Part shown: piece after piece, positions 1 to 8,347 of the stretch
How the letters are laid out: each line of letters opens with the position of its first letter
Position numbering within the stretch: the first letter of the stretch is position 1
Source: Candidatus Nomurabacteria bacterium
Lineage (GTDB): Bacteria; Patescibacteriota; Minisyncoccia; Phycocordibacterales; UBA10002
Assembly: GCA_943354745.1 (NCBI GenBank)
Contig: CALRDB010000004.1
Coordinates: forward strand, 1-41,757
Direction of reading: 5' to 3'
DNA length: 41,757 bases
Notes under the pieces: model-generated
Told to the model about the DNA's origin: nothing
Seen by the model: only the letters and a program-made list of their open reading frames with translations
Database searches by the model: none
Position numbers and translations under genes: made by a program

Positions 1-136
1 AATTTTTGGTTTTTGCTCCCGCGACCGAAGGGAGCGGACGAGGCGCGCAGATTAGTCCTCGCTCGGATTGTTTTGGAAAAAAGTTCGGATTTTGTTCAGG
101 AGACACAGCCCGAATAAAACTAAAACTAAAAATTTT

Positions 137-745
137 ATGACTGAATGGAAAAAACTTATGTTGTGTGTCGGGGTACTTCTGGTAGCGGCTTTTTATGTTG
201 GAGTTCGTTATCAAAGCGCTCAAGACAGTTTCTCCAATTCAGCAGTAGACATTAGTGGTATTGATGTGGGCAGTTTGTCGCAAGCTCCCGTTCCTGATAT
301 AAACAACGAGTATCAAGGTGTTTCTACAACAACGCCGCTTACGGATGAGAAGGGTAATCCCATTTATTTTAAAAACTCCAGATTTGATTTTGAGCCACTG
401 TCAGGTAGTACTGGATGTGAATCCGGTGCTTTTGAAGATTTGGGTGTACTCGGGTACACGAGTATGGGAGGCGTGCCAACCGCGGTAACACTTGTTCACA
501 CCAGAACCTGCGGTACGGGTTATTTCCCTTTTATTGTTTTATATCAAGCAAAAAGCTGGGATAACAATAGTGAACATAAAAACCCGACTATTACCGACAT
601 TGTGGGGATTGGCGGAGATAGGATAAATATAACCTCATTAAAAATCTGGCCCGACCATATTTCGCTGACATATTCGTCTTGGTCTGAATCTCAAAATACC
701 ACAGTAAATTTGGAATATGTCGGGGGTAAATTGGTTAAAAAATAA
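137..745 (+). CDS. Hypothetical membrane-anchored extracytoplasmic protein
   Basis: ORF 68..745; ATG at 137 gives MTEWKK followed by a hydrophobic N-terminal segment (LMLCVGVLLVAAFYVGV), then a soluble domain with two Cys. No family recognised. Confidence 0.7.
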   Translation: MTEWKKLMLCVGVLLVAAFYVGVRYQSAQDSFSNSAVDISGIDVGSLSQAPVPDINNEYQGVSTTTPLTDEKGNPIYFKNSRFDFEPLSGSTGCESGAFEDLGVLGYTSMGGVPTAVTLVHTRTCGTGYFPFIVLYQAKSWDNNSEHKNPTITDIVGIGGDRINITSLKIWPDHISLTYSSWSESQNTTVNLEYVGGKLVKK

Positions 746-941
746 TAAAAGCGGTATTGACCTCAGGGTAAGCCCTCGTTTTAAGGAACAAGCAATGCTT
801 GTACCTCGGGGGGACAAGCCTTGCGGTATTACACCCTTACATTTTGTCTTCTTCTCCTTATCCTCTTCATCCATACTATTCCGATGGTATAGGACAAACC
901 AGTCGGATAATGATAAAGTAGGAGATGCGTGAAAGCTCAAT

Positions 942-1157
942 ATGTTTCAAAATTTTTTGATGAAAAAGATGCTCAAGGCGCAAGGTGTGCCGGAAGCCCA
1001 GATTGATATGCTTATTGTGATGATGGAAAAGAATCCACAGCTTTTTCAGACTATTGCTACTGAAGTACAGGAAAAAATAAAAAGTGGGATGAATCAAATG
1101 GATGCGGGAATATCCGTGATGAAAAAGTACGAAGATCAACTAAAGAAGTTAGTATAG
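942..1157 (+). CDS. Small helical hypothetical protein (71 aa)
   Basis: Clean ATG ORF with GGAG upstream; Met/Lys/Gln-rich amphipathic helices; fills the gap between genes. Confidence 0.75.
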   Translation: MFQNFLMKKMLKAQGVPEAQIDMLIVMMEKNPQLFQTIATEVQEKIKSGMNQMDAGISVMKKYEDQLKKLV

Positions 1158-1179
1158 CTTAGTAGCTTATTGTGGGACT

Positions 1180-1764
1180 ATGAACAAAGAAATAAAAGTA
1201 CTTGTGCTAAGTGGCAGTATCCGTAAGGAATCGTATACGAGAAGTTTGGCGGAGCACACTGTGGGAATTCTTGGAAAGAAGAACGTGTCAGTCATACACT
1301 GGAATTTGCTTGAAAAGCCACTCCCTATTATGGTCCCTGAGCTTCGGGACGATGTAGACAATCACCCCGACGCAACCGTAAAGGAGTTTGCCAAGCAGGC
1401 AAGAGAGTGTGATGCCTACGTGCTCGCAAGTCCTATCTACCACAACTCATTTTCTGGGGCTCTTAAAAATGCTATAGACCATCTTCGTAGTGCACACTTC
1501 ACCTATAAACCTATGGGGCTGATGAGCTTTGGGGGAGATGGAAGCCTTCAAGCAGTGGATCAACTGCGCATTATCGGAAGGTCGGTTCACGCCATCGTCA
1601 CAACGGAAATCGTGTGTGCGTCTGAAGATGATTTCAGCGGTATGGAGCTCACCTCTGAGGAGCTCAAAAACCGTATTGAGAAGTTTTGCGATGAACTCAT
1701 TCTTTTCGCAGAGACCTTCGGCCCGATTCGCGAGACGAAGAAAAAGCATGTCAAAAATAAGTAG
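1180..1764 (+). CDS. NADPH-dependent FMN reductase (flavodoxin-like)
   Basis: N-terminal LSGSIRKESYT, SPIYHNSFSGALKNAID and KPMGLMS motifs. Confidence 0.92.
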   Translation: MNKEIKVLVLSGSIRKESYTRSLAEHTVGILGKKNVSVIHWNLLEKPLPIMVPELRDDVDNHPDATVKEFAKQARECDAYVLASPIYHNSFSGALKNAIDHLRSAHFTYKPMGLMSFGGDGSLQAVDQLRIIGRSVHAIVTTEIVCASEDDFSGMELTSEELKNRIEKFCDELILFAETFGPIRETKKKHVKNK

Positions 1765-1812
1765 TCTGATAGCCGATGTGGATGATATCCACGGCTGTGC
1801 TTCGGTACGCAG

Positions 1813-1842
1813 TTGACGTATACCCCCTGGGGGGTATACACT
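1813..1842 (+). promoter_or_regulatory. Sigma70 promoter with overlapping CsoR-type operator
   Basis: TTGACG (1813-1818), 18 bp, TACACT (1837-1842). Perfect inverted repeat GTATACCCCC-TG-GGGGGTATAC at 1818-1839 has the C/G tracts with TAC/GTA flanks typical of CsoR/RcnR operators. Confidence 0.88.
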
Positions 1843-1848
1843 ACGTAC

Positions 1849-2112
1849 ATGCACACAAACAATGCAAAAATTGTACGGCGGCTACAAATTATTGAGGGTC
1901 AAGTTCGCGGCTTGCGCGAAATGATAGAGAAAGAAACCTATTGCGTAGACATCATCACGCAAAGCTCTGCCGTTAAGCAGGGTCTTTCGAACGTTGAGAA
2001 CATGCTTCTTGAACAACATCTCTCGCATTGTGTTGTTGACCAAATAAAAAGTGGTGCTACTAAAAAAGCGGTTGACGAAGTTTTAAAAGTGTACAAACTT
2101 AAGAGAAAATAA
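1849..2112 (+). CDS. csoR: CsoR/RcnR-family metal-sensing repressor
   Basis: RRLQIIEGQVRGL...YCVDIITQ...HLSHC (Cys-His-Cys Cu(I) ligands); lies upstream of a Cu ATPase. ATG 1849 preferred because the upstream TTG falls in the -35 box. Confidence 0.9.
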   Translation: MHTNNAKIVRRLQIIEGQVRGLREMIEKETYCVDIITQSSAVKQGLSNVENMLLEQHLSHCVVDQIKSGATKKAVDEVLKVYKLKRK

Positions 2113-2113
2113 T

Positions 2114-4408
2114 ATGCGTACCGAAACCTACAACGTAAAAGGGATGCACTGTGCTTCATGTTCTTCCGTTATCGAAAAGACACTAAAAAAAGTCGATGGA
2201 GTAGCCTCTGTTGAGGTGAACTATGGTACAGAGAAGGCCAAAGTTTCGTTTGATGAGACGAAGACCGAGGTAGAGCTTTTTTCAAAGCGCGTAGAGCCCC
2301 TTGGGTATGCTCTCGAAGTTTCTTCTGTAAAGGACATGATGGTACGTGTCGATGATGGTCGTGTTGACCACACTGGACATATGAAATCCAAAAAAGAGAA
2401 GCAAAATGAGATCGCGAGACTTCGATCGAAGGTACTTTCCGCTATCCCTCTTGCTGTAATCAGTATTTTTATTATGGGGTGGGATATTTTAGCGGAGTAC
2501 AGCAAGGTTCCTGCGATGGCCTATACGGTGAAGGAATTTTTCCATCATCTTTTACCGATTATGGCGACCTATGCACTGTTTGTGGTGGGTACACCCTATC
2601 TTTTGGGACTATACCGGTTCCTACGCTATGGAAAGGCAAATATGGATACTCTTATCGGTATTGGCACGGTGACTGCCTTTCTTTACAGTTTTGCGGTCTC
2701 CGCTTTTGAGGATGCACTTAAACCATTTATTAATGTCGACTATACCTACTACGACGTCACTATTGTCGTGATCACCTTTATCGCGCTCGGTAAGTATCTC
2801 GAGGCGAAATCTAAACTAAAGACCGGCGACGCGATTGAGAAATTGCTTAACCTTCAGGCAAAAACAGCGTTAGTTGTTCGTGACGGCAAGGAGCAAGAGA
2901 TAGCCATACATGAAGTAGTTCATGGCGACCTTATCGTGATAAAACCCGGCGCTCGTATACCTGTTGACGGGGTCATTACTGAAAGCTCGTCGTTCATTGA
3001 TGAGTCAATCATCAGTGGCGAATCGATGCCGGTAGAGAAAAACGTCGGTGATACGGTGGTAGCGGGAACGATGAACACAACTAAATCTTTTATCTTTAAA
3101 GCGACAAAAATTGGTGCTGAAACAGTACTCGCGCACATCATTAAAATGGTCGAGGATGCACAGGGAAGTCGAGCGCCCATACAAGCATTGGCGGACAAGA
3201 TATCGGCAGTGTTTGTGCCTGTTGTACTTGTCCTTGCTTTTCTGGATTTGGGTGCGTGGCTTTTCTTCGGCATTCCCTCCCTCGGTTTTTCGGCCGCACT
3301 TTCATACGGACTTACTTCTTTTGTCGGCATTTTGGTCATCGCTTGTCCTTGCGCACTCGGTCTCGCTACCCCGACAGCAATCATTGTTGGAGTAGGTAAG
3401 GGAGCAAAGGAAGGTATTTTAATCAAAGATGCGGCAACACTTGAAAAACTTCACAAAGTAACAACAATCGTGCTCGATAAAACAGGTACGCTTACTAAAG
3501 GGAAGCCGGAGCTCACTGGCTTTCATAATGTATCCACACTTCCCGACGGAAAGGTTATTTCACTTCTCGCCACCCTTGAGAGCAAGTCGGAGCACCCCAT
3601 TGCTCATGCGATTCTTGAGTATGCAAAGATGAAGGGCGAGAGGAATCTAGTACTATCGGATTTCGAGATACTAAAAGGGAAAGGTGTGAAAGGCTTTATT
3701 GAAGACACTTTGTACTTTGCAGGGAGTGTGGCATTAATGAAGGACCTCGGTCTCTCCTATGACGTACAGACGATTGAGTCTGAGACATTGAAAGGTAAGA
3801 CGCCAATACTGCTCGCTTCGAAAAACAGCGTCATCGCCATGGTACTGGTTTCGGACCCTGTTAAATCAGAGGCAAAAGTGGCCGTGGAGCAACTCCATAA
3901 GCAAGGAATTTCGGTGATTATGCTCACTGGTGATCATAAGAATACAGCTGTCTCAATAGCGCGAGAAGTCGGCATTACGGAAGTGATAGCTGAAGTACTG
4001 CCTGAAGATAAGCTACAGAAAATTAAGGAATTGCAGAAAGAAGGGAAGATTGTAGCAATGGTAGGTGATGGAGTGAATGATGCGCCGGCGCTCGCGCAAG
4101 CGGACGTAAGTATAGCCATGGGTACCGGCGTCGATGTCGCTATCGAAGCTGCCGGTATCACGCTACTTTATGGTGATATCTCAAAATTGGTTAAAGCCGT
4201 CAGGCTCTCAAAATTTACCATGCGTGGTATCAAACAGAATCTTTTTTGGGCGTTCTTCTATAATGTTGTTGGTATTCCGCTTGCCGGTGGAGCGTTGTTT
4301 CCATTGTGGGGTTTGCTCCTCAGTCCTGTTTTTGCCGGACTTGCGATGGCATTTTCAAGTGTTTCGGTGGTTGGTAATTCATTACGGCTTAAAACTAAAA
4401 AAGCATAG
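2114..4408 (+). CDS. copA: Copper-translocating P1B-type ATPase
   Basis: HMA GMHCASC, SGES actuator (TGES variant), CPC, DKTGT, EHP, GDGVNDAP, YN and MAFSS Cu(I) signatures. Confidence 0.95.
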   Translation: MRTETYNVKGMHCASCSSVIEKTLKKVDGVASVEVNYGTEKAKVSFDETKTEVELFSKRVEPLGYALEVSSVKDMMVRVDDGRVDHTGHMKSKKEKQNEIARLRSKVLSAIPLAVISIFIMGWDILAEYSKVPAMAYTVKEFFHHLLPIMATYALFVVGTPYLLGLYRFLRYGKANMDTLIGIGTVTAFLYSFAVSAFEDALKPFINVDYTYYDVTIVVITFIALGKYLEAKSKLKTGDAIEKLLNLQAKTALVVRDGKEQEIAIHEVVHGDLIVIKPGARIPVDGVITESSSFIDESIISGESMPVEKNVGDTVVAGTMNTTKSFIFKATKIGAETVLAHIIKMVEDAQGSRAPIQALADKISAVFVPVVLVLAFLDLGAWLFFGIPSLGFSAALSYGLTSFVGILVIACPCALGLATPTAIIVGVGKGAKEGILIKDAATLEKLHKVTTIVLDKTGTLTKGKPELTGFHNVSTLPDGKVISLLATLESKSEHPIAHAILEYAKMKGERNLVLSDFEILKGKGVKGFIEDTLYFAGSVALMKDLGLSYDVQTIESETLKGKTPILLASKNSVIAMVLVSDPVKSEAKVAVEQLHKQGISVIMLTGDHKNTAVSIAREVGITEVIAEVLPEDKLQKIKELQKEGKIVAMVGDGVNDAPALAQADVSIAMGTGVDVAIEAAGITLLYGDISKLVKAVRLSKFTMRGIKQNLFWAFFYNVVGIPLAGGALFPLWGLLLSPVFAGLAMAFSSVSVVGNSLRLKTKKA

Positions 4409-4410
4409 CT

Positions 4411-5430
4411 ATGAAAACGTATACATTTCATGTTGCCGGTATGCACTGCAAGGCATGCGTCGTGCTTATTGAAAGTGAACTTGATGAAATACCCGAGATA
4501 GCAAAAGTGAGGGTGTCACTCGCAGACTTTAGTGTTGCGGTAACCGGAGAGTTTGGCGATAAAGCACCCGAACATATTGCCCAGGATTTAAGCGTCGCGC
4601 TTACGCCTCATGGATACACGCTTTCAGTGCAAAAAGGGAGGCATGTGGTCTCGTGGTCTGACTTTAAAACGGCCGTACCAATTGCCGGAGGATTTATCGC
4701 GTTATTTATTATTTTGCAAAAGGTGGGCATTGTGAATTTAGTGACGACATCGGAAGTTGGGTACGGCACAGCGTTTATTATTGGCCTGATAGCTTCTGTT
4801 TCGACCTGTATGGCAGTGGTTGGGGGTTTGGTGCTTTCAATGTCTGCAAATTTCGCAAAAGAAGGTGAAAGCATTCGTCCACAAATTCTTTTTCATGTGG
4901 GACGTCTGGTCTCATTCTTTATCTTGGGTGGAGTGATAGGGACGATTGGATCGGTGTTCCAAATCGGGGCAACGGGAAGTCTTGTTCTTGGTGTACTTGT
5001 TGCATTGGTACTGTTAGTTCTTGGGTTGAATCTTCTTGACGTGCTTCCCTGGGCGAAAAGACTTCAGCCAACTATGCCTCATTTCATTGGCAAGCACATT
5101 CACGGATTAAAAAAGATAAACCATACACTAACGCCTGTTCTCGTCGGTATCGCAACCTTCTTTCTTCCGTGCGGATTTACTCAGTCAATGCAACTCTACG
5201 CTCTTTCCACCGGTAGTTTTGTGACAGGCGCACTAAGTATGTTCATGTTTGCACTTGGCACACTTCCCGTACTCGCACTTCTTAGTTTTAGCTCACTTGG
5301 AATTCACAAAAAGGCTCAGTCGGGAATATTCTTTAAGTCGGCAGGTTTGGTGGTAATTTTCTTCGGATTACTTAACTTGCTAGGCACATTTGTGTCAGCC
5401 GGCATCATACAGCCGTTCCTTAACTTTTAA
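4411..5430 (+). CDS. HMA domain fused to a DsbD_2/TauE-SafE-like membrane domain
   Basis: GMHCKAC; STCMAVVGG, FHVGRLVSF, LPCGFTQSM and FALGTLP motifs; multiple TM segments; in the copA operon. Confidence 0.85.
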   Translation: MKTYTFHVAGMHCKACVVLIESELDEIPEIAKVRVSLADFSVAVTGEFGDKAPEHIAQDLSVALTPHGYTLSVQKGRHVVSWSDFKTAVPIAGGFIALFIILQKVGIVNLVTTSEVGYGTAFIIGLIASVSTCMAVVGGLVLSMSANFAKEGESIRPQILFHVGRLVSFFILGGVIGTIGSVFQIGATGSLVLGVLVALVLLVLGLNLLDVLPWAKRLQPTMPHFIGKHIHGLKKINHTLTPVLVGIATFFLPCGFTQSMQLYALSTGSFVTGALSMFMFALGTLPVLALLSFSSLGIHKKAQSGIFFKSAGLVVIFFGLLNLLGTFVSAGIIQPFLNF

Positions 5431-5457
5431 GTCGTATGGTACACTAGTCTTATTCAA

Positions 5458-5853
5458 ATGAAACAAACTCTTTTTTCAATTCTTGTGGCAGGAGTGCTTA
5501 TCGGAGGGTCCATACTACTCACCACTAAACAAAGTTCAGGCGATAGTGCTTCAGCTTCCGTTGATAATGTGTCGGTTGTTGATGGAACACAGATTATCGC
5601 GCTTACAGCGAAAGGGGGATACTCTCCTCGCATAACCAAGGCAAAGGCTGATATGCCTACTGTGCTTAAGGTGAACACAAAAGGTACCTTTGACTGCTCC
5701 TCTTCGATTGCTATCCCTAGTTTAGGATATCGAGGTAACCTCCCGCTTTCGGGTGCTACCGACATACCTATTCCGCCCCAAAAGTCAGGCACTACCATTC
5801 GAGGGCTTTGCGGAATGGGAATGTACGACTTTTCCATTAATTTTGAATCGTAG
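5458..5853 (+). CDS. Cupredoxin-domain protein (copA-associated)
   Basis: N-terminal TM; GGYSP, FDCSS and CGMGMY motifs. Confidence 0.85.
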   Translation: MKQTLFSILVAGVLIGGSILLTTKQSSGDSASASVDNVSVVDGTQIIALTAKGGYSPRITKAKADMPTVLKVNTKGTFDCSSSIAIPSLGYRGNLPLSGATDIPIPPQKSGTTIRGLCGMGMYDFSINFES

Positions 5854-5923
5854 GTTGGAGAAAAGACAACAGCTATGGTAGACTGATATGGTTATATTTT
5901 AATTAACAATAAAGACATAACCT

Positions 5924-6178
5924 ATGGCAAAAGAGAACTCTGCGTTTATGAAGCCGCTCACGGTGAGTGCCGACCTAGCGGTCGTTGTAGGAAAAGGCCC
6001 GATGCCTCGTTCAGAAGTGGTTAAGAAGCTCTGGGTGTATATCAAAGGCAAGAATCTTCAGGACCCCAAGAACAAGCGAAACATCGTTGCAGACGCTGCC
6101 CTTAAAAAGGTATTTGGAGGTAAGGATGTCGTCAATATGTTTGAAATGACCAAACTTGTCTCGGTACATCTTTCCTAA
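5924..6178 (+). CDS. SWIB/MDM2 domain protein
   Basis: PRSEVVKKLWVYIKGKNLQDPKNKRNIVAD...MFEMTKLVSVHL matches the SWIB signature. Confidence 0.92.
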   Translation: MAKENSAFMKPLTVSADLAVVVGKGPMPRSEVVKKLWVYIKGKNLQDPKNKRNIVADAALKKVFGGKDVVNMFEMTKLVSVHLS

Positions 6179-6192
6179 TCGCAGTATAGTTA

Positions 6193-6235
6193 AAACAAAA
6201 AGCCGTTATCTCAAAGCGATAACGGCTTTTTGTTT
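6193..6235 (+). terminator. Intrinsic terminator
   Basis: AAACAAAAAGCCGTTATC-7nt-GATAACGGCTTTTTGTTT; 18-bp perfect arms after the SWIB gene. Confidence 0.85.
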
Positions 6236-6317
6236 GCAAGGCTGTATGTCGCCGTTGAAAGGGAATATATGAGGCATCGCTTGCTTTCTTACCAATTACC
6301 GCTTACTCTCTTAGTAT

Positions 6318-6860
6318 ATGAAAGATTTTAGACCAAAAAACACATTTGGCGGAGGAGGAAATCGAGGCGGTGATAGAGGTGGTTTTCATGGGGGTAACAA
6401 GTTCGGTAAAAGAGATTTTGGACCCAAGGAGATGTTTGATGCTACCTGTGCGAAATGTGGTAAATCGTGCCAAGTACCATTCCGTCCGAACGGTGAACGG
6501 CCGGTCTATTGTCGTGACTGCTTCGTTGATGTGAAGCCTCCAAACCAGGGGCAACCGAGTAACTACCAACGGTCAGATGCTCCGCGACGAGAATTTTCTG
6601 CTCCTTCAGCACCAAGACAGGAGGGTGGAGATAGTCAAAACAAACAGATTCAAGAATTAAAGCGTCAACTCGATATCGTCAATACGAAACTTGATCGACT
6701 TCTCGATAGGACTGCCGGTGATCAGAAAAAGCCAGCTTCGACCCCAGCGACAACGAAGGAATTACCAAACGTGAAAGAAATTCCGGTAGTCACCGTCACC
6801 AAAAAAGCAGTTTCTGTTAAGAAGGCCACAGGCAAGAAGACAATAAGTAAGAAGAAGTAA
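6318..6860 (+). CDS. CxxC-x17-CxxC domain protein with RG-rich N-terminus and Lys-rich tail
   Basis: MFDATCAKCGKSCQVPFRPNGERPVYCRDCF; promoter TTGCTT-17-TACTCT (6281-6309). Confidence 0.9.
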   Translation: MKDFRPKNTFGGGGNRGGDRGGFHGGNKFGKRDFGPKEMFDATCAKCGKSCQVPFRPNGERPVYCRDCFVDVKPPNQGQPSNYQRSDAPRREFSAPSAPRQEGGDSQNKQIQELKRQLDIVNTKLDRLLDRTAGDQKKPASTPATTKELPNVKEIPVVTVTKKAVSVKKATGKKTISKKK

Positions 6861-6867
6861 AAGAGAA

Positions 6868-6907
6868 TCAAACAAAAAACAGGCGATAAGGCCTGTTTTT
6901 TGTTTGA
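6868..6907. terminator. Bidirectional intrinsic terminator
   Basis: TCAAACAAAAAACAGGC-6nt-GCCTGTTTTTTGTTTGA; 17-bp arms between convergent genes. Confidence 0.88.
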
Positions 6908-6929
6908 CTTGTCTTCTGTTTGTTAAGGG

Positions 6930-7316
6930 TTAAAGTCCTGCCTTTTTCGCTATACGAACACTACCTTTTGATATATCTCGTCTTGCCCTCTTTACTGAGT
7001 GAGTAAGGCTGCTCCAATGTTTTTTTAGGTCGTTGGCAAGAGCACTTATTTCCTTCCCACCGGCTTTCTTACCTTTTGTGTATTCCTCTGCTACTGAATC
7101 AACGATTTCATGATACACAGACTCACTAACACTTTTAGTCTTTTCAAGTTTTTCCACGACATCTCCTTTCATCCTGATTGCCCAAGCCTTAGTATGTTCG
7201 CGATTTTTTTGCCCCTTCGGTCCGAGGAAAAAGTAAGCTGCCGCGATACCGGCAACACTTGCTCCACTAATACTGAGTGTAACTGCCGGTGAACTCTTTT
7301 GCTCGATCTTTTTCAT
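6930..7316 (-). CDS. Hypothetical protein (YtxH-like: TM, PKGQKNR, then helical)
   Basis: AGIAAAYFFLGPKGQKNREH pattern; ends at the bidirectional terminator. Confidence 0.75.
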   Translation of the reverse strand: MKKIEQKSSPAVTLSISGASVAGIAAAYFFLGPKGQKNREHTKAWAIRMKGDVVEKLEKTKSVSESVYHEIVDSVAEEYTKGKKAGGKEISALANDLKKHWSSLTHSVKRARRDISKGSVRIAKKAGL

Positions 7317-7467
7317 ACAGATAACGTTACTTATTACTAATTAACTTCGAATTTGGAAGCGCGTACAGACATCGTAATTTCGCAAGGCCACGATGCAGTT
7401 GAACCGCGATGGCATTCCTCGATTGCCCGGTAATAAGTGAGATTTCTTTCAGTGTTAAGTCCTGCAC

Positions 7468-7956
7468 ATGCCTCATCTTCATTACTCTTTGATACTGAGC
7501 AGGGAGACGGTGAATAAGAAGTGTCGCAGCCTTTCAATCCCGTCTATCAAGGTACACGCCCTCATTACATCAGTTGGTCTTACCGCAGAAGGAAACGTTG
7601 ACGTTCCGAAGGACCCTGCGAATGTAGCGTGGTTCAGTCTCGGCCCTTTGCCGGGAGAGAAGGGAAACGCTGTTATTGTGGGGCACTCCGGCTGGAAAAA
7701 TAGAAAACCGGCCGTATTTGATCATCTCTCACAGGTCCATATTGGAGACAGACTCTTTATTGAAAGTGTGAACAAAAAAGTTCTTACCTTTGTTGTTCAG
7801 TCACTTAGGACATATCCCAAAAATGCTACCACCTCGAGTATCTTCAATTCAAATGATGGGAAGGCACATCTTGTCTTTATCACCTGCAAAGGTATTTGGG
7901 ACAAAGTAAAAAAAGAATACGCTGATCGGCTTGTTGTATTTGCAGACTTAGAATAG
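7468..7956 (+). CDS. Class F sortase catalytic domain (no N-terminal anchor; start uncertain)
   Basis: LSIPSIKV, VAWF...GPLPGEKGNAVIVGH, PAVF, FITC and R-LVVFA; His/Cys/Arg triad present. Confidence 0.8.
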   Translation: MPHLHYSLILSRETVNKKCRSLSIPSIKVHALITSVGLTAEGNVDVPKDPANVAWFSLGPLPGEKGNAVIVGHSGWKNRKPAVFDHLSQVHIGDRLFIESVNKKVLTFVVQSLRTYPKNATTSSIFNSNDGKAHLVFITCKGIWDKVKKEYADRLVVFADLE

Positions 7957-7984
7957 TCGCACGGCTAAATGGTAGGATTACCTC

Positions 7985-8302
7985 ATGAAAACGTTTAGTG
8001 AACGGGTGGTGGAGATCGCACTTTCGATACCGAAGGGGAGAGTGACGACCTATGGACGAATTGCTCGAGCAGCAGGAGGAGGAGCAATGGCTTCGCAAAG
8101 TATTACGTCCATCCTTGGAAAGGCCTATGATACCGGCATTAGAAATATTCCATTTCATCGAATTGTCTATGCTGATGGACGTGTCTGGATAAGTGAGGAT
8201 CAACGAAAGGATCGGATGAAACTGTATAAAGGAGAGGGAATTAAGATAGACATGCGGGACCGAGTAGTGAATTTTCCGGATGTTTGTTTGGAACTAAAGT
8301 AG
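7985..8302 (+). CDS. MGMT-family alkyltransferase-like protein (ATL)
   Basis: IPKGRVTTYGRIA; PFHRI replaces the catalytic PCHR. Confidence 0.88.
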   Translation: MKTFSERVVEIALSIPKGRVTTYGRIARAAGGGAMASQSITSILGKAYDTGIRNIPFHRIVYADGRVWISEDQRKDRMKLYKGEGIKIDMRDRVVNFPDVCLELK

Positions 8303-8347
8303 TACCTGTGCGTGATAAAAGTACGCAAATAAGGTATCATGATGTCT

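Noticed and set aside
1813-5853. Copper operon as a novel system or a third HTH cassette
   Set aside because: csoR-copA-HMA/DsbD_2-cupredoxin is a known arrangement, and I found no downstream copy of the CsoR operator.
6193-6907. Two long inverted repeats sharing AAACAAAAA arms as a repeat family
   Set aside because: Both have loops, GC cores and A/T tracts typical of intrinsic terminators; the similarity is confined to the tracts.
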